This document shows positions 9,366 through 18,835 of a DNA stretch of 64,000 nucleotides, one piece after another (within the stretch, counting starts at the first letter, position 1; every line of letters starts with the position of its first letter). Below the pieces are notes generated by a model. It was not told the DNA's origin. It did no database searches and worked only from the letters and a program-made list of their open reading frames with translations. A program made the position numbers and the translations under genes. The DNA comes from Polyangiaceae bacterium (GTDB lineage: Bacteria > Myxococcota_A > Polyangia > Polyangiales > Polyangiaceae), in assembly GCA_965222375.1 (NCBI GenBank), contig CBDCTZ010000015.1, positions 320,001-384,000 of the forward strand, written 5' to 3'.

Positions 9366-10613
9366 ATGCCTCGCTTGGGTCGACGATTGGGTCCCGTGGT
9401 GCTTTTCGCGGTTCTTTTGGCAGGCTGCTCGTCCTCCGATGACGAAGCCGCGGGCACGGGGGGCGGGAGCGGTAGTGGCGCCGCGGGAGGGGCGGCCGGC
9501 GTAAGTGGCGCGGGCGGAAGCGGCAACGCGGCCGGCACCGCAGGCGCGGGTGGCGGAGCTGCAGGTTCGAGCTCTGGTGGAAGCGCCGGCAGCGCGGGTG
9601 CCGGTGGCTGGAGCGGCGGCAGCCCCGGCACCGTGATCGTGGATGACCCAACGGCGGCTCGCACCTGGCCAGCTGGCCACGGTGAGGCGCTGATTTCCCT
9701 CTGGCACGACGATGCCCTCGCTGCGCTGACGATCACCATCGACGACAACACAGCCCCAGACCACGACTGGTGGCTGAGCCAGGCGCAGACCTATGGCTTG
9801 AAGCTGACCTGGTTCGTGATCACAGAGAGAGTGCCCAGTAGCTACGGTGGCACATGGCCAGGGTACGCCAGCATGATCGCAGCGGGTCACGATGTTCAGT
9901 CCCACACGGTGTCACACCCGCACGGCGCCTACACCCTCGACGACGAATACAAGCTCTCGCAACAAGCCATCGAGTCGAACCTGCCCGGGGTGAAAGCGAT
10001 TACCCTGGCATACCCAGGCGTCTCTCAGCCGATTGCCAACGATCCGAAAGTTGCCGCCAAGTACTACGTGGGCGCGCGTGGCACCACTGGACACGACAAC
10101 AAGATCGGCTCAACAGACTACATGGTGGTCAATTCCATCAGCGGACAGATCATCTTGGAGACGGATCACTGGGCCGGCCTACCCAATACGGTGATCAAGA
10201 ACCCGAAGCAGGCCAAGTCGTATCGCGCGTGGCACTGCATCCACTACCATCTGCTGAAAGACAAGTCCTCAACCGTGACAGGCCTGAAGTGGATTGCTGC
10301 GCACTCGAACGACCTTTGGGTTGGCCTGTTCCGCGAGGCTGTTCTCTACGGACAAGAGCGCGAAACCGCCACCCTGACGGTGCCTCATGTTTCCGCCGAC
10401 AAGGTCGTGGTCGAAGTGACGGACTCCCTCGATGACCAGCAGTTCGACTTCCCGCTGACGGTGAAAGTGGGCCTGGACCCAGGGTGGAGCGCCATAGCGG
10501 CAACCCAAAATGGCAAAGCCGTCGCCGCCAAGGTCGTACAACATGCGGGAAAGCCCTACGCCCTTGTCAGCGCGGTTCCCGATCGAGGCCCTGTCATCGT
10601 GACCCGCAAGTAG
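9366..10613 (+). CDS. Polysaccharide deacetylase (NodB/CE4) lipoprotein
   Basis: Lipobox LLAGC-SSSDDE; Gly linker; TITIDD, SHTVSHP and AYP motifs. Confidence 0.85.
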   Translation: MPRLGRRLGPVVLFAVLLAGCSSSDDEAAGTGGGSGSGAAGGAAGVSGAGGSGNAAGTAGAGGGAAGSSSGGSAGSAGAGGWSGGSPGTVIVDDPTAARTWPAGHGEALISLWHDDALAALTITIDDNTAPDHDWWLSQAQTYGLKLTWFVITERVPSSYGGTWPGYASMIAAGHDVQSHTVSHPHGAYTLDDEYKLSQQAIESNLPGVKAITLAYPGVSQPIANDPKVAAKYYVGARGTTGHDNKIGSTDYMVVNSISGQIILETDHWAGLPNTVIKNPKQAKSYRAWHCIHYHLLKDKSSTVTGLKWIAAHSNDLWVGLFREAVLYGQERETATLTVPHVSADKVVVEVTDSLDDQQFDFPLTVKVGLDPGWSAIAATQNGKAVAAKVVQHAGKPYALVSAVPDRGPVIVTRK

Positions 10614-10694
10614 TGGTTCGCCCGAGGGGTGACGCCGCAGCTAGCGCCACCCGCACGATTTGGCGCGAACCCATGCAACTTAAGTGCACTCGCT

Positions 10695-10734
10695 TCCGAC
10701 ACTGTGCCCACCCGCGGGGGTGGGCACAAATTGG
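10695..10734. repeat. Palindromic extragenic repeat, copy 2 (REP/MITE-like)
   Basis: tccgacactgtgcccacccgcgggggtgggcacaaattgg; same orientation as copy 1. Confidence 0.7.
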
Positions 10735-10772
10735 CGCGATGCCGGCGGGGCGCTTTGCAGTAATCTGTCGAC

Positions 10773-11315
10773 ATGTCGAACTACCGCAGCGATGGCGCGG
10801 CGGCGCGTGAACGCGCTCGGGTCCTCGAAGAGGAGCTCGACACGGCGAAAAGTGCCCTGGCCAAGCGCGAGGCGGAGCTCGACGCGCAAGAAGACGAGCT
10901 CGACGAGCTCAAAGCGAGAATCAGCGAGTTGGAAGCGAGCCGAAGGACCGCCGCGGATGTGTCCCGAAGCGACAGCCGTTCGGGTAGCAAGGTGGGTCAG
11001 CGCAAAAACCGCTTGGTCGCCGTTGCGGGCACCATAGTGCTCACCGCTTTCGGCGTCGGGGCCTACTTCGTGCAAGCCGAGCCGAGCCCAGGCCAAGCCA
11101 GGATCTACGTGGGCAACCGCGACATCGACAAGGCCACCTTCATCGTCGAAGGCGACAATGCAAAGCCTCAACGCTGCACGGCCAAGGTCTGCGATTTCTC
11201 CCTATCGCCGGGCCGCTATCGCGTGCGCGCCGAATCGGGCCCCTACCGCGGCTCGACGGAGATCGTCGTTCGCAGCTCGCATTCCCTGGCAAAGCCCATC
11301 ATGCTGACGAAGTAG
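10773..11315 (+). CDS. Coiled-coil, single-TM protein with PEGA-like C-terminal domain
   Basis: Heptad-like E/K/L-rich N-terminus; TM LVAVAGTIVLTAFGVGAYFV; LSPGRYRVRAE. Confidence 0.7.
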   Translation: MSNYRSDGAAARERARVLEEELDTAKSALAKREAELDAQEDELDELKARISELEASRRTAADVSRSDSRSGSKVGQRKNRLVAVAGTIVLTAFGVGAYFVQAEPSPGQARIYVGNRDIDKATFIVEGDNAKPQRCTAKVCDFSLSPGRYRVRAESGPYRGSTEIVVRSSHSLAKPIMLTK

Positions 11316-11318
11316 AGC

Positions 11319-11966
11319 TCAATCTGCGGCGCGCCCCCGCTCGATTTGCTGTAGCAGCGCGTCGGCAAGCCAGTGCACGTGCTGGCGTCGCTCACGTCGC
11401 GCGGCAGCACCGAGGGGGTCGCCCTTCCACATCAGCCCGAGGGCACCAGCGTAGAGCGCGTAGGTGTTGACAATGCCCGAGAAGCTGATGAAGAAGTGCT
11501 TCGCAGACAGCGGGCCGTCACAGGGCACCGTGTCACCGAGGATGTCCTCGACCAGCTGAGACAGCTTACGCAATCCTTCACGAATGAGTGGAAGCGCTGG
11601 ACCCGTGGCGGCGACTTCGATGTGTACGAGGCGCACGTATTGGTCGTGATCCTCCATGAAGTCCATGTAGGCGTCGAGCAGCGCGTGCATGCGCTCGGCG
11701 ACGCTCCCCTGCCCCAACCGCGCGTTGCGCAGCGCTTGGGCGTGCGCTTCGTAGTAGCGGTCCAGCACGTGCTCGAAGAGCTTCTCTTTGTTGCCGAAGT
11801 GGTAGAAGACGGACGCCTTCTTGACTTGAGCCAGCTCCGCGACATCCCGCATGCTGACCGCGTCGAAGCCCCGGGCGGAGAACAACTCGTCCGCCGCAGC
11901 CGCGATCCGCGCTTCCGCGGAATCCGGCGCCTCTGCGGAGGAACTGACCGTACGGTCAGGCACCAT
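11319..11966 (-). CDS. TetR/AcrR family transcriptional regulator
   Basis: HTH AADELFSARGFDAVSMRDVAELAQVKKASVFYHFGNKEKLF. Confidence 0.93.
   Translation of the reverse strand: MVPDRTVSSSAEAPDSAEARIAAAADELFSARGFDAVSMRDVAELAQVKKASVFYHFGNKEKLFEHVLDRYYEAHAQALRNARLGQGSVAERMHALLDAYMDFMEDHDQYVRLVHIEVAATGPALPLIREGLRKLSQLVEDILGDTVPCDGPLSAKHFFISFSGIVNTYALYAGALGLMWKGDPLGAAARRERRQHVHWLADALLQQIERGRAAD
11944..11959. promoter_or_regulatory. Putative TetR operator 1
   Basis: Perfect 16-bp palindrome CTGACCGTACGGTCAG in the first codons of the tetR ORF. Confidence 0.7.
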
Positions 11967-12031
11967 TTGCGGCCTTTCGTGAAGTCATTAATTTCGGCTT
12001 GCTCAGCGAAGAATCATAGCGTAGATCCGAT

Positions 12032-12047
12032 TTGACCGATCGGTCAA
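12032..12047. promoter_or_regulatory. Putative TetR operator 2
   Basis: Perfect 16-bp palindrome TTGACCGATCGGTCAA in the divergent intergenic region. Confidence 0.75.
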
Positions 12048-12078
12048 GATTTTCGAAACCCAACAGGGAGCGGCAAAA

Positions 12079-13830
12079 ATGCAGCAAGTAGTCGGTGGCG
12101 AGGTGGTGGCAGCCATGCTGGCCAAGGAAGGCGTCACGAAGGTTTTTGGCATCGTCGACGGGACCTACATGGGCCTGTACGCGAGCTTCTCGAAGTACGG
12201 CATCGAGTTGGTGTCGCCTCGGCACGAGACGAGTGCGGCGCATATGGCCGGCGCCTATGCGCGACTGACCGGCAAGCTGGGCGTTTGCATCGCCAGCAAC
12301 GGCCCCGGGGTCGCCAACATGCTCTCCGGCATCGCGGTCGAAAACGGTGAAGGCAACCGAGTGCTCTGCATCACGAGCTGCCGTCGACAAGGCATCGCGT
12401 ACCCGGATCGAGGTGGCACATTCCAGTACTTCGACCAGGTCGCGGTCACCCGCCCCATGACCAAGTGGAGCGGCGCAGTGCCGGAGTTCGACCGGATCCC
12501 CGAAATGATGCGGCGCGCCCTCCGAGTTTCTCACAAAGGCCGCCCGGGCGTCGTGCACGTGGACATTCCCGAGAACGTGCTCAATGGCAAGTTCGAGATC
12601 GCCGACGACTACCTGAGGGAGCCCAACGAGTATCGTCGCAGTTCGAAACTCGCTCCCAACGCAGAAGACGTGAAGAAGGTTGCGGAACTGTTGACCCGCT
12701 CAGAGCGACCCCTGATTCACGTCGGCAGTGGCGTGGTTCACGCCCAAGCCTTCCAGGAGCTGCTCGAGGTCGCCGAGCAATGCCACGTCAACGTGAGCAC
12801 GAGCTGGGGCGCCCGCGGCGCGTTGCCCGAAACCCACGAGCTGTCCCTGCCCACCAGTGCGCTCAGCGCCTTGGATGAAGCGCGCAGGTCCTCGGACTTG
12901 GTGCTCGTGATTGGCTCACGCCTCGGCGAGACCGACTTCTGGGGCAAGGCGCCGTATTGGGGCCGCCCCGGCGAGCAGCGCCTGATTCAGGTGGATAGCG
13001 ACGAAGATATCCTGGGCCTCAACCGCAAGACCGAGCTCGCGATCCTGGCCGACGCCAAGGAGTTCCTGTCTGCGTTGGCCGTCGAGCTGAAGAAGGCCCC
13101 CCTCAGCAGCTCCATAAAGAAGGCGCGAGAGCAGCGCGTCACCAAGCTGACGGAACTCAAGGTCGCCGCGCGGCAAGAGCTGGACGGTGCTTTGGCCAAC
13201 GACTCGGCCCCCATGCACTCCGCCCACGTTCCGACAGCGGTGCGCAAGTTGATGGGCGACGCCGACGTACTCGTCGTGGACGGTGGCAACACGGCAGTGT
13301 GGACGCAGTTCTACTTCGACATACGCGAACCCGGCACGCTCTTGGCTACATTCAAGTTGGGCATGCTGGGCGCGGGTGTGGGCCAGGCCCTGGGCGCGCA
13401 AGTCGCGCATCCCGATCGCAAGGTGGTGTGCGTTCTCGGCGATGGAGCCATGGGTTTCCACATGCAAGAAGTCGAGACCGCTGTGCGCAACAAGCTGCCC
13501 ATCACTTTCGTCGTTCTGTGCGACAAGCAGTGGGGCATGGTGAAGCTCACCCAGCAGTTCGCCATGAGCGACGTGCGTTCGGTGATCGGCAGCAAAGACG
13601 AAGGCACCATCAACGCCGACTTTGGCGAGACCCACTTCGACAAGTTGGCAGTCGCCATGGGAGCCAAGGGCGCTCGGGTTTCCTCGCCCAAGGAGCTGGA
13701 GGCCACCCTGCGTGAGGCCATCGAGTCGCCGGAGCCGGCGGTGGTCCACGTGGACGTGGACCCGATGCTGCATCTGTGGGCACCGGGGCTGCAGACTTTC
13801 AAGGAGATGCACCAGGAGCCGGCGGGGTGA
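12079..13830 (+). CDS. Thiamine-diphosphate-binding enzyme (acetolactate synthase / 2-hydroxyacyl-CoA lyase superfamily)
   Basis: RHETSAAHMAGAYARLTGK, GPGVAN, GRPGVVHVDIP, GDGAMGF ThDP motif; no ilvN-type small subunit adjacent. Confidence 0.9.
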   Translation: MQQVVGGEVVAAMLAKEGVTKVFGIVDGTYMGLYASFSKYGIELVSPRHETSAAHMAGAYARLTGKLGVCIASNGPGVANMLSGIAVENGEGNRVLCITSCRRQGIAYPDRGGTFQYFDQVAVTRPMTKWSGAVPEFDRIPEMMRRALRVSHKGRPGVVHVDIPENVLNGKFEIADDYLREPNEYRRSSKLAPNAEDVKKVAELLTRSERPLIHVGSGVVHAQAFQELLEVAEQCHVNVSTSWGARGALPETHELSLPTSALSALDEARRSSDLVLVIGSRLGETDFWGKAPYWGRPGEQRLIQVDSDEDILGLNRKTELAILADAKEFLSALAVELKKAPLSSSIKKAREQRVTKLTELKVAARQELDGALANDSAPMHSAHVPTAVRKLMGDADVLVVDGGNTAVWTQFYFDIREPGTLLATFKLGMLGAGVGQALGAQVAHPDRKVVCVLGDGAMGFHMQEVETAVRNKLPITFVVLCDKQWGMVKLTQQFAMSDVRSVIGSKDEGTINADFGETHFDKLAVAMGAKGARVSSPKELEATLREAIESPEPAVVHVDVDPMLHLWAPGLQTFKEMHQEPAG

Positions 13831-14852
13831 GCGAAAACACATACCGCGTGCTCGTCACGGGGGCGGCCGGCTATGTCGGTCGCCTCCTGGTCGCAGCCTT
13901 GGCTGCGCGGGACGAGGTCGAGCATGTCGTCGCCTTGGACGTGTGCGACGTGGAGGACACGCCTTGGAGCGCCTCAGCGTTGGGGGCCTCCGCGAGCGCT
14001 GCTGACAAAGAGGTGGAGGAGCAGCAGCACGAGGCGGATGTGACCTACGTGAACCTGAGTGTGTGCGACTCAGGAGTCGCCGACGTCATTCGCAACTCCA
14101 TCAACTGCGTCGTACACATGGCGTCCGTGGTGCGCCCGCCCAAACACGGCGGGGACGATTTGGCCTACCGCGTCGACGTCGAAGGCACGAAGAACGTGCT
14201 CGACGCTTGTGTGGCTCATGGCGTGAAGAAGCTGATCGTCACCAGCAGTGGCGCGGCCTACGGCTACCACGCGGACAACCCAGACTGGCTGAGTGAAGAC
14301 GACCCGGTGCGGGGCAACGCAGAGTTCGCCTACTCGCACCACAAGCGGCTGATCGAAGAGATGCTCTCGCAGGCACGCAAGGAACACCCTCAGCTCGAGC
14401 AACTCATCTTTCGCCCCGGCACCGTGCTAGGTGAGACCGTACACAGCCCTGTCACGGATCTCTTCGAGCGACCCGTAATGCTCGGTGTGCGGGGCTACCC
14501 GTCGCCTTTCGTGTTCATCTCGGACGAAGACGTCGTTGAATGCCTCGTACGCGGAGTCACGGGGCCTCAGACAGGCGTGTTCAACTTGGCTGGGGACGGT
14601 GCGATGACACCGAAAGAGATCGCAAAGGCGCTAGGCAAGCCCTTTGTGCCCGTACCGGCTTCGGTGTTGCGCACCGCACTGTCGGTGCTCAAGAAGTTGG
14701 GCAAGTCGCCCTACGGTCCGGAGCAGCTCAAGTTCTTGCAGTATCGGCCCGTGCTTTCCAACCGGCGGTTGAAGTCGGAGTTTGGCTACGAGCCACGTTT
14801 TACTTCCCGGGAGGCCTTCGAACGCTACGCTCAGGCGCAGAAACATGACTGA
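13827..14852 (+). CDS. NAD-dependent epimerase/dehydratase (extended SDR)
   Basis: GTGA overlap; VLVTGAAGYVG, TSSGAAYG, YSHHK. Confidence 0.88.
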   Translation: MSENTYRVLVTGAAGYVGRLLVAALAARDEVEHVVALDVCDVEDTPWSASALGASASAADKEVEEQQHEADVTYVNLSVCDSGVADVIRNSINCVVHMASVVRPPKHGGDDLAYRVDVEGTKNVLDACVAHGVKKLIVTSSGAAYGYHADNPDWLSEDDPVRGNAEFAYSHHKRLIEEMLSQARKEHPQLEQLIFRPGTVLGETVHSPVTDLFERPVMLGVRGYPSPFVFISDEDVVECLVRGVTGPQTGVFNLAGDGAMTPKEIAKALGKPFVPVPASVLRTALSVLKKLGKSPYGPEQLKFLQYRPVLSNRRLKSEFGYEPRFTSREAFERYAQAQKHD

Positions 14853-15654
14853 GCGCAGCTTCAGGAACAAAGTCGTTGTGATCACCGGCGGCGGTGGCGG
14901 CATCGGGCGCGCGCTGGCGCTCAGCTTCATGCGCCAAGGCGCGCGGGTCGCCCTGCTGGACTTGAATGAAGAGCTGCTCGCCGAGGCCAAGCAAGAACTG
15001 GCGGGTGCGGGCCCAGAGCCCATGTGCATACGTTGTGATGTCACCGAGCTAGCAGACTGCGAAAGCGCTCTGCAGCGGGTGGCGACGGAGCTGGGCGGCG
15101 TGGACGTGTTAGTGAACAATGCCGGGCTCGTGCACCGCAGCGGCTTCCGTGACACCAGCGTGGATGTGCTGCGCCGAGTGATGGAGGTGAACTACTTCGG
15201 CTCCCTCAACTGCACCAAGGCCGCACTGGACTTGCTGACGGAGCGCCGGGGCATGGTGATCGTCGTCTCGAGCATCGCGGGGCTGACGCCCTTGTACGGC
15301 CGCAGCGGATACTCGGCGAGCAAACATGCGCTGCACGGCCTGTTCGAGACGTTGCGCGGCGAGCTGAAGGACAGCGTACACGTGATGATGGCGTGCCCGT
15401 CGTTCACCCAAACGGGTTTCGAGCAGCGAGCGCTCGGCGCCGCCGGTGAAAAGGTAGAACGCGGCCGCACGCGTGTAGGAAAGGAGGCCACCGCCCAGAG
15501 CGTCGCCGACGCCATCGTGGCTGCTGCGAAGAAAGAGCGCAGCAGCCTGGTGCTCTCTCCTGTAGGCAAAGTGGCCGTGTGGCTCTCCCGATTGGCTCCC
15601 GAGGCCTACGATCGCATGATGCTGCGCCAGCTATCGGATGAGCTGCCGTCGTAG
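14845..15654 (+). CDS. Classical short-chain dehydrogenase/reductase
   Basis: TGGGGGIG, NNAG, YSASK; overlaps upstream stop. Confidence 0.92.
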   Translation: MTERSFRNKVVVITGGGGGIGRALALSFMRQGARVALLDLNEELLAEAKQELAGAGPEPMCIRCDVTELADCESALQRVATELGGVDVLVNNAGLVHRSGFRDTSVDVLRRVMEVNYFGSLNCTKAALDLLTERRGMVIVVSSIAGLTPLYGRSGYSASKHALHGLFETLRGELKDSVHVMMACPSFTQTGFEQRALGAAGEKVERGRTRVGKEATAQSVADAIVAAAKKERSSLVLSPVGKVAVWLSRLAPEAYDRMMLRQLSDELPS

Positions 15655-15800
15655 TATTTCACCGAACCAAACGCAGGCTGAAGACCGAGCGCCGAAGATG
15701 GGCCTGCACGGAACTGCACCGACTACCACCTCGCCAGCGGCCTGGATGGCGCGAGGGATGCTCGGTGGTTCCTGTCCGGGACATGAGGTAACATCATAAG

Positions 15801-17055
15801 GTGCGCTCGCTCTGCACACTCTTGCTCCTAGGGAGCTTCGGGGCATGCTCCTCGTCAGACACAGCGCCCGGAAACGGCCTCGGCGAGGGTGGCTCTGACG
15901 CAAGCACATCTGCCGATGCCAACTCGATGGATGGCGGCGCCCCGGGACGCGGAACAGGAAACGGGTGATGCGGAAAACGATGCCAATGCTTCCGGCAGCG
16001 ACGCGTCGGATGCGTCGGGCAATACTCATGATGGTAGCTCCGATGGATCAAGCGACGCCGGCAATGCTGCTCCCGACGCGTCAAGTGATGCGGGCGACGC
16101 CGGAAACGATGCCTGGGATGCGTCGAGCGAGACCAAGGACGCAGGCAGCGATGCCCCCGATGCGTCGAGTGATGCAGGGAATGACGCTTGTGTACCGTAC
16201 AATGAAACGCTCGCGGTCGTTCCAAGCGACGCCGAATTCCTGTTCGTGATCGACCGATCCGGAAGCATGGATTGGCCGGCCACCGGAACCAGTAACGGCC
16301 GTTGGACGGAGCTGAAGAGCGCCCTCAACTCGGTGCTCCCTACGTTGTCCGGTTCGCTCATGGGCCTGCTCACCTTTCCTGAAATGGACGGCACGAGCGA
16401 ATTGTTCAACTGTAAGGTCGCCAGCAGTCCCGACATCGGGCTCGCGCTCGGAACATCGAGCGGGATTCTGACGCGACTCGTGGCGGCCGACCCGCGCGCG
16501 GGTGAAACGCCGACGCCGGATGCGCTCGCAACCGCGGCAACCTATCTCGGTTCCATATCAACGAGTCGTGATCGCTTCGTGGTTCTGGTCACAGACGGCC
16601 TGCCCGAGCCGAACTGCGGCGCTACCGTCGCAGCAACCGTGGCTGCCATCAGCTCCCTACGATCCGGCGGCACGGACACGTTCGTGATCGGCATCGTGGG
16701 CCCGGATAGCAGCGGCAATACTTCCGGGATTCCTGCGCTCCAGGACGCCTTGAACAAGATGGCGGATGCCGGAGGGCGTGCTCGCTCCGGGGCCGTCCGG
16801 TACTACGACGGACCCAACGCGGCGGGCCTGACTGGGTCGCTCGCGGCCGTTGCCGCCAGTGCTACCGATTGCCAATTCATTCTTCCGTCCGCGCCTGCCC
16901 AGCCGTTGCAAGTGCAAGCTCGACTCGACGGAGTACCAGTTGCGAGTACGGATTTCACGGTCACCGCTGGCGTGCTCACGTTCTCCGGAAACGCCTGTGC
17001 TCAGATCCAAGCAGGCACCGTCTCATCAATCACCGTCGCCGATGATTGCGCCTAG
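15801..17055 (+). CDS. VWA-domain lipoprotein with DAG-rich linker, apparently frameshifted (+1) at 15944-15946
   Basis: GTG 15801 gives lipoprotein signal MRSLCTLLLLGSFGAC in another frame; removing one G from GGG joins it to the ORF with MIDAS DRSGSM and LVTDGLP. Confidence 0.75.
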
Positions 17056-17383
17056 CCAACGGCGGAACAAGCCACGGGCGGCGCGGGCGTTCTCTTCTGA
17101 CAGTGGCCCTAGAACCTGGGTCAGATTCGCGAGGAAACGCTGTTCGTAGACGTCCGAGTTCATTGCAAGGCGGGGAGCGCTTCCACGCCGAAGTGCGAGG
17201 ACCGGTGCTGGTTGAGCCACACGGCCGCCCCAATTCCGCTCAGACTCAAATGGTTGATTTCACCGTTTTTGTAATCTTCGGGCGCCGTGCTTAGGCTTGT
17301 GGGGGTGCTAGGGTCCCCAAACCGGAAGGTCTCGGGTCGGCTGAACGTAGATACGGGCACTTTTCGGCTTGATCGGGCAAATC

Positions 17384-18835
17384 ATGCCAGGACCTGACCC
17401 CTCTCTCCTGCAGCTGCTGCCGGGGGCCGTGATCGGCGACCGCTACGAGGTGGTGCGCCGCATCAAGCAGGGCGGCATGGGGGCGGTGTACGAGGTCCTG
17501 GACAAACAGACCAACCGGCGCCGGGGGCTCAAGATGCTGCTGCCCTCGGTGGCGCTGGACGCGGTCACCCGCGACCGCTTTCGCCGAGAGGCAACGGTCT
17601 CGGGCAGGGTGGAGAGCGATCACATCGTCGAGACCATCGACGCGGGCGTGGATCAGAAGACCCGCGCCGACTTCTTGGTGATGGAGCTGCTCAGGGGTGA
17701 AGACCTGGGCGCGGAGTTGACTCGCCGTGGGCGGATCCCGCCGGCCGAAGTGCTCGTGTACCTGTCGCAGGTCGCCGCGGGGCTGCAGAAGGTCCACTCC
17801 GAGGGCATCGCCCACCGAGACCTCAAGCTGGAAAACATCTTCGTCACCAAGCGCGACGACGGTTCGCCGCATTTGAAGCTGCTGGATTTCGGTGTCGCCA
17901 AGGTCTTCGAGACCGCTACTGGGCCGCTGCAAACGACGCAAGTCGTGGGCACACCGCTGTACATGGCGCCCGAGCAGCTCACCGGGGATGCGCTGATCGA
18001 TCACCGCGCCGATCTCTACTCCCTGGGTCACCTCGCCTTCGCATTGCTGGTGGGGCACGCCTATTGGGAGCCGGAGCTGAGAGACGCTGCGACGATCTAT
18101 CGCTTCATGAGTCAAGTCATGGAGGGCGCGACGGAGAGCGCAACGGCGCGGGCGGCACACCACATGGTGCAACTGCCAGCGGGCTTCGACGCTTGGTTCT
18201 CCAGGGCCACGGCGAAGGACCCCGCCGATCGCTATTCCTCAGCCATCACGATGTTGCTCGGGCTTGCTGAGGCGCTGGAGCTCGAGCCACCGCCGATCTT
18301 GCTGACCCGCGCTGCCGACGCGCAGGCCACGGACCCCTTCAGCGCCACGGCCGCGTTGCCCGGGGGCGACAGCACGACCGGTGTGGTGGGCCCGCGAGCA
18401 AAAAACACCGCCCAATCCCGAGTTTGGGTCATCACGGCTGCCGTCGCCGCGGTGGTGCTGCTCGGTGGCATCGCGCTCTGGCGCGTGGCCATCAGCAGCC
18501 CGACGAGAGCTGGCCCCCTCGAAGCGAGTTCTGCTGAGACGTCCCACGCAGCCGCCTTGCAGAAGCCAGCATCGGAAACCACGACGGCGGCGGAAAAGCA
18601 GAGCACGGAGGCGTCCGCTGCCGCGCCGACGCCAAGCGCCGAGCCCGCCGCGCCGACGCCAAGTGCCGAGCCTCCGCCGGCAAGCAAAGCCGCCGGGCGG
18701 ACCAAGACGGCCAAGCCCGCTCGTTCACCAACTCCCGCACCGGCACGGCCCAAGGCCGGTCCAAAGCAGCCCCCCGCACCAGCTTCGGGGACGGACAAGC
18801 CCAAGGGAGGCTATGATCCTCTCGATGAGCTGTGA
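17384..18835 (+). CDS. Hanks-type Ser/Thr protein kinase, membrane anchored
   Basis: GGMGAVY, HRDLKLEN, DFG, GTPLYMAPEQ, DLYSLG; TM segment; Pro/Ala-rich tail. Confidence 0.95.
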   Translation: MPGPDPSLLQLLPGAVIGDRYEVVRRIKQGGMGAVYEVLDKQTNRRRGLKMLLPSVALDAVTRDRFRREATVSGRVESDHIVETIDAGVDQKTRADFLVMELLRGEDLGAELTRRGRIPPAEVLVYLSQVAAGLQKVHSEGIAHRDLKLENIFVTKRDDGSPHLKLLDFGVAKVFETATGPLQTTQVVGTPLYMAPEQLTGDALIDHRADLYSLGHLAFALLVGHAYWEPELRDAATIYRFMSQVMEGATESATARAAHHMVQLPAGFDAWFSRATAKDPADRYSSAITMLLGLAEALELEPPPILLTRAADAQATDPFSATAALPGGDSTTGVVGPRAKNTAQSRVWVITAAVAAVVLLGGIALWRVAISSPTRAGPLEASSAETSHAAALQKPASETTTAAEKQSTEASAAAPTPSAEPAAPTPSAEPPPASKAAGRTKTAKPARSPTPAPARPKAGPKQPPAPASGTDKPKGGYDPLDEL

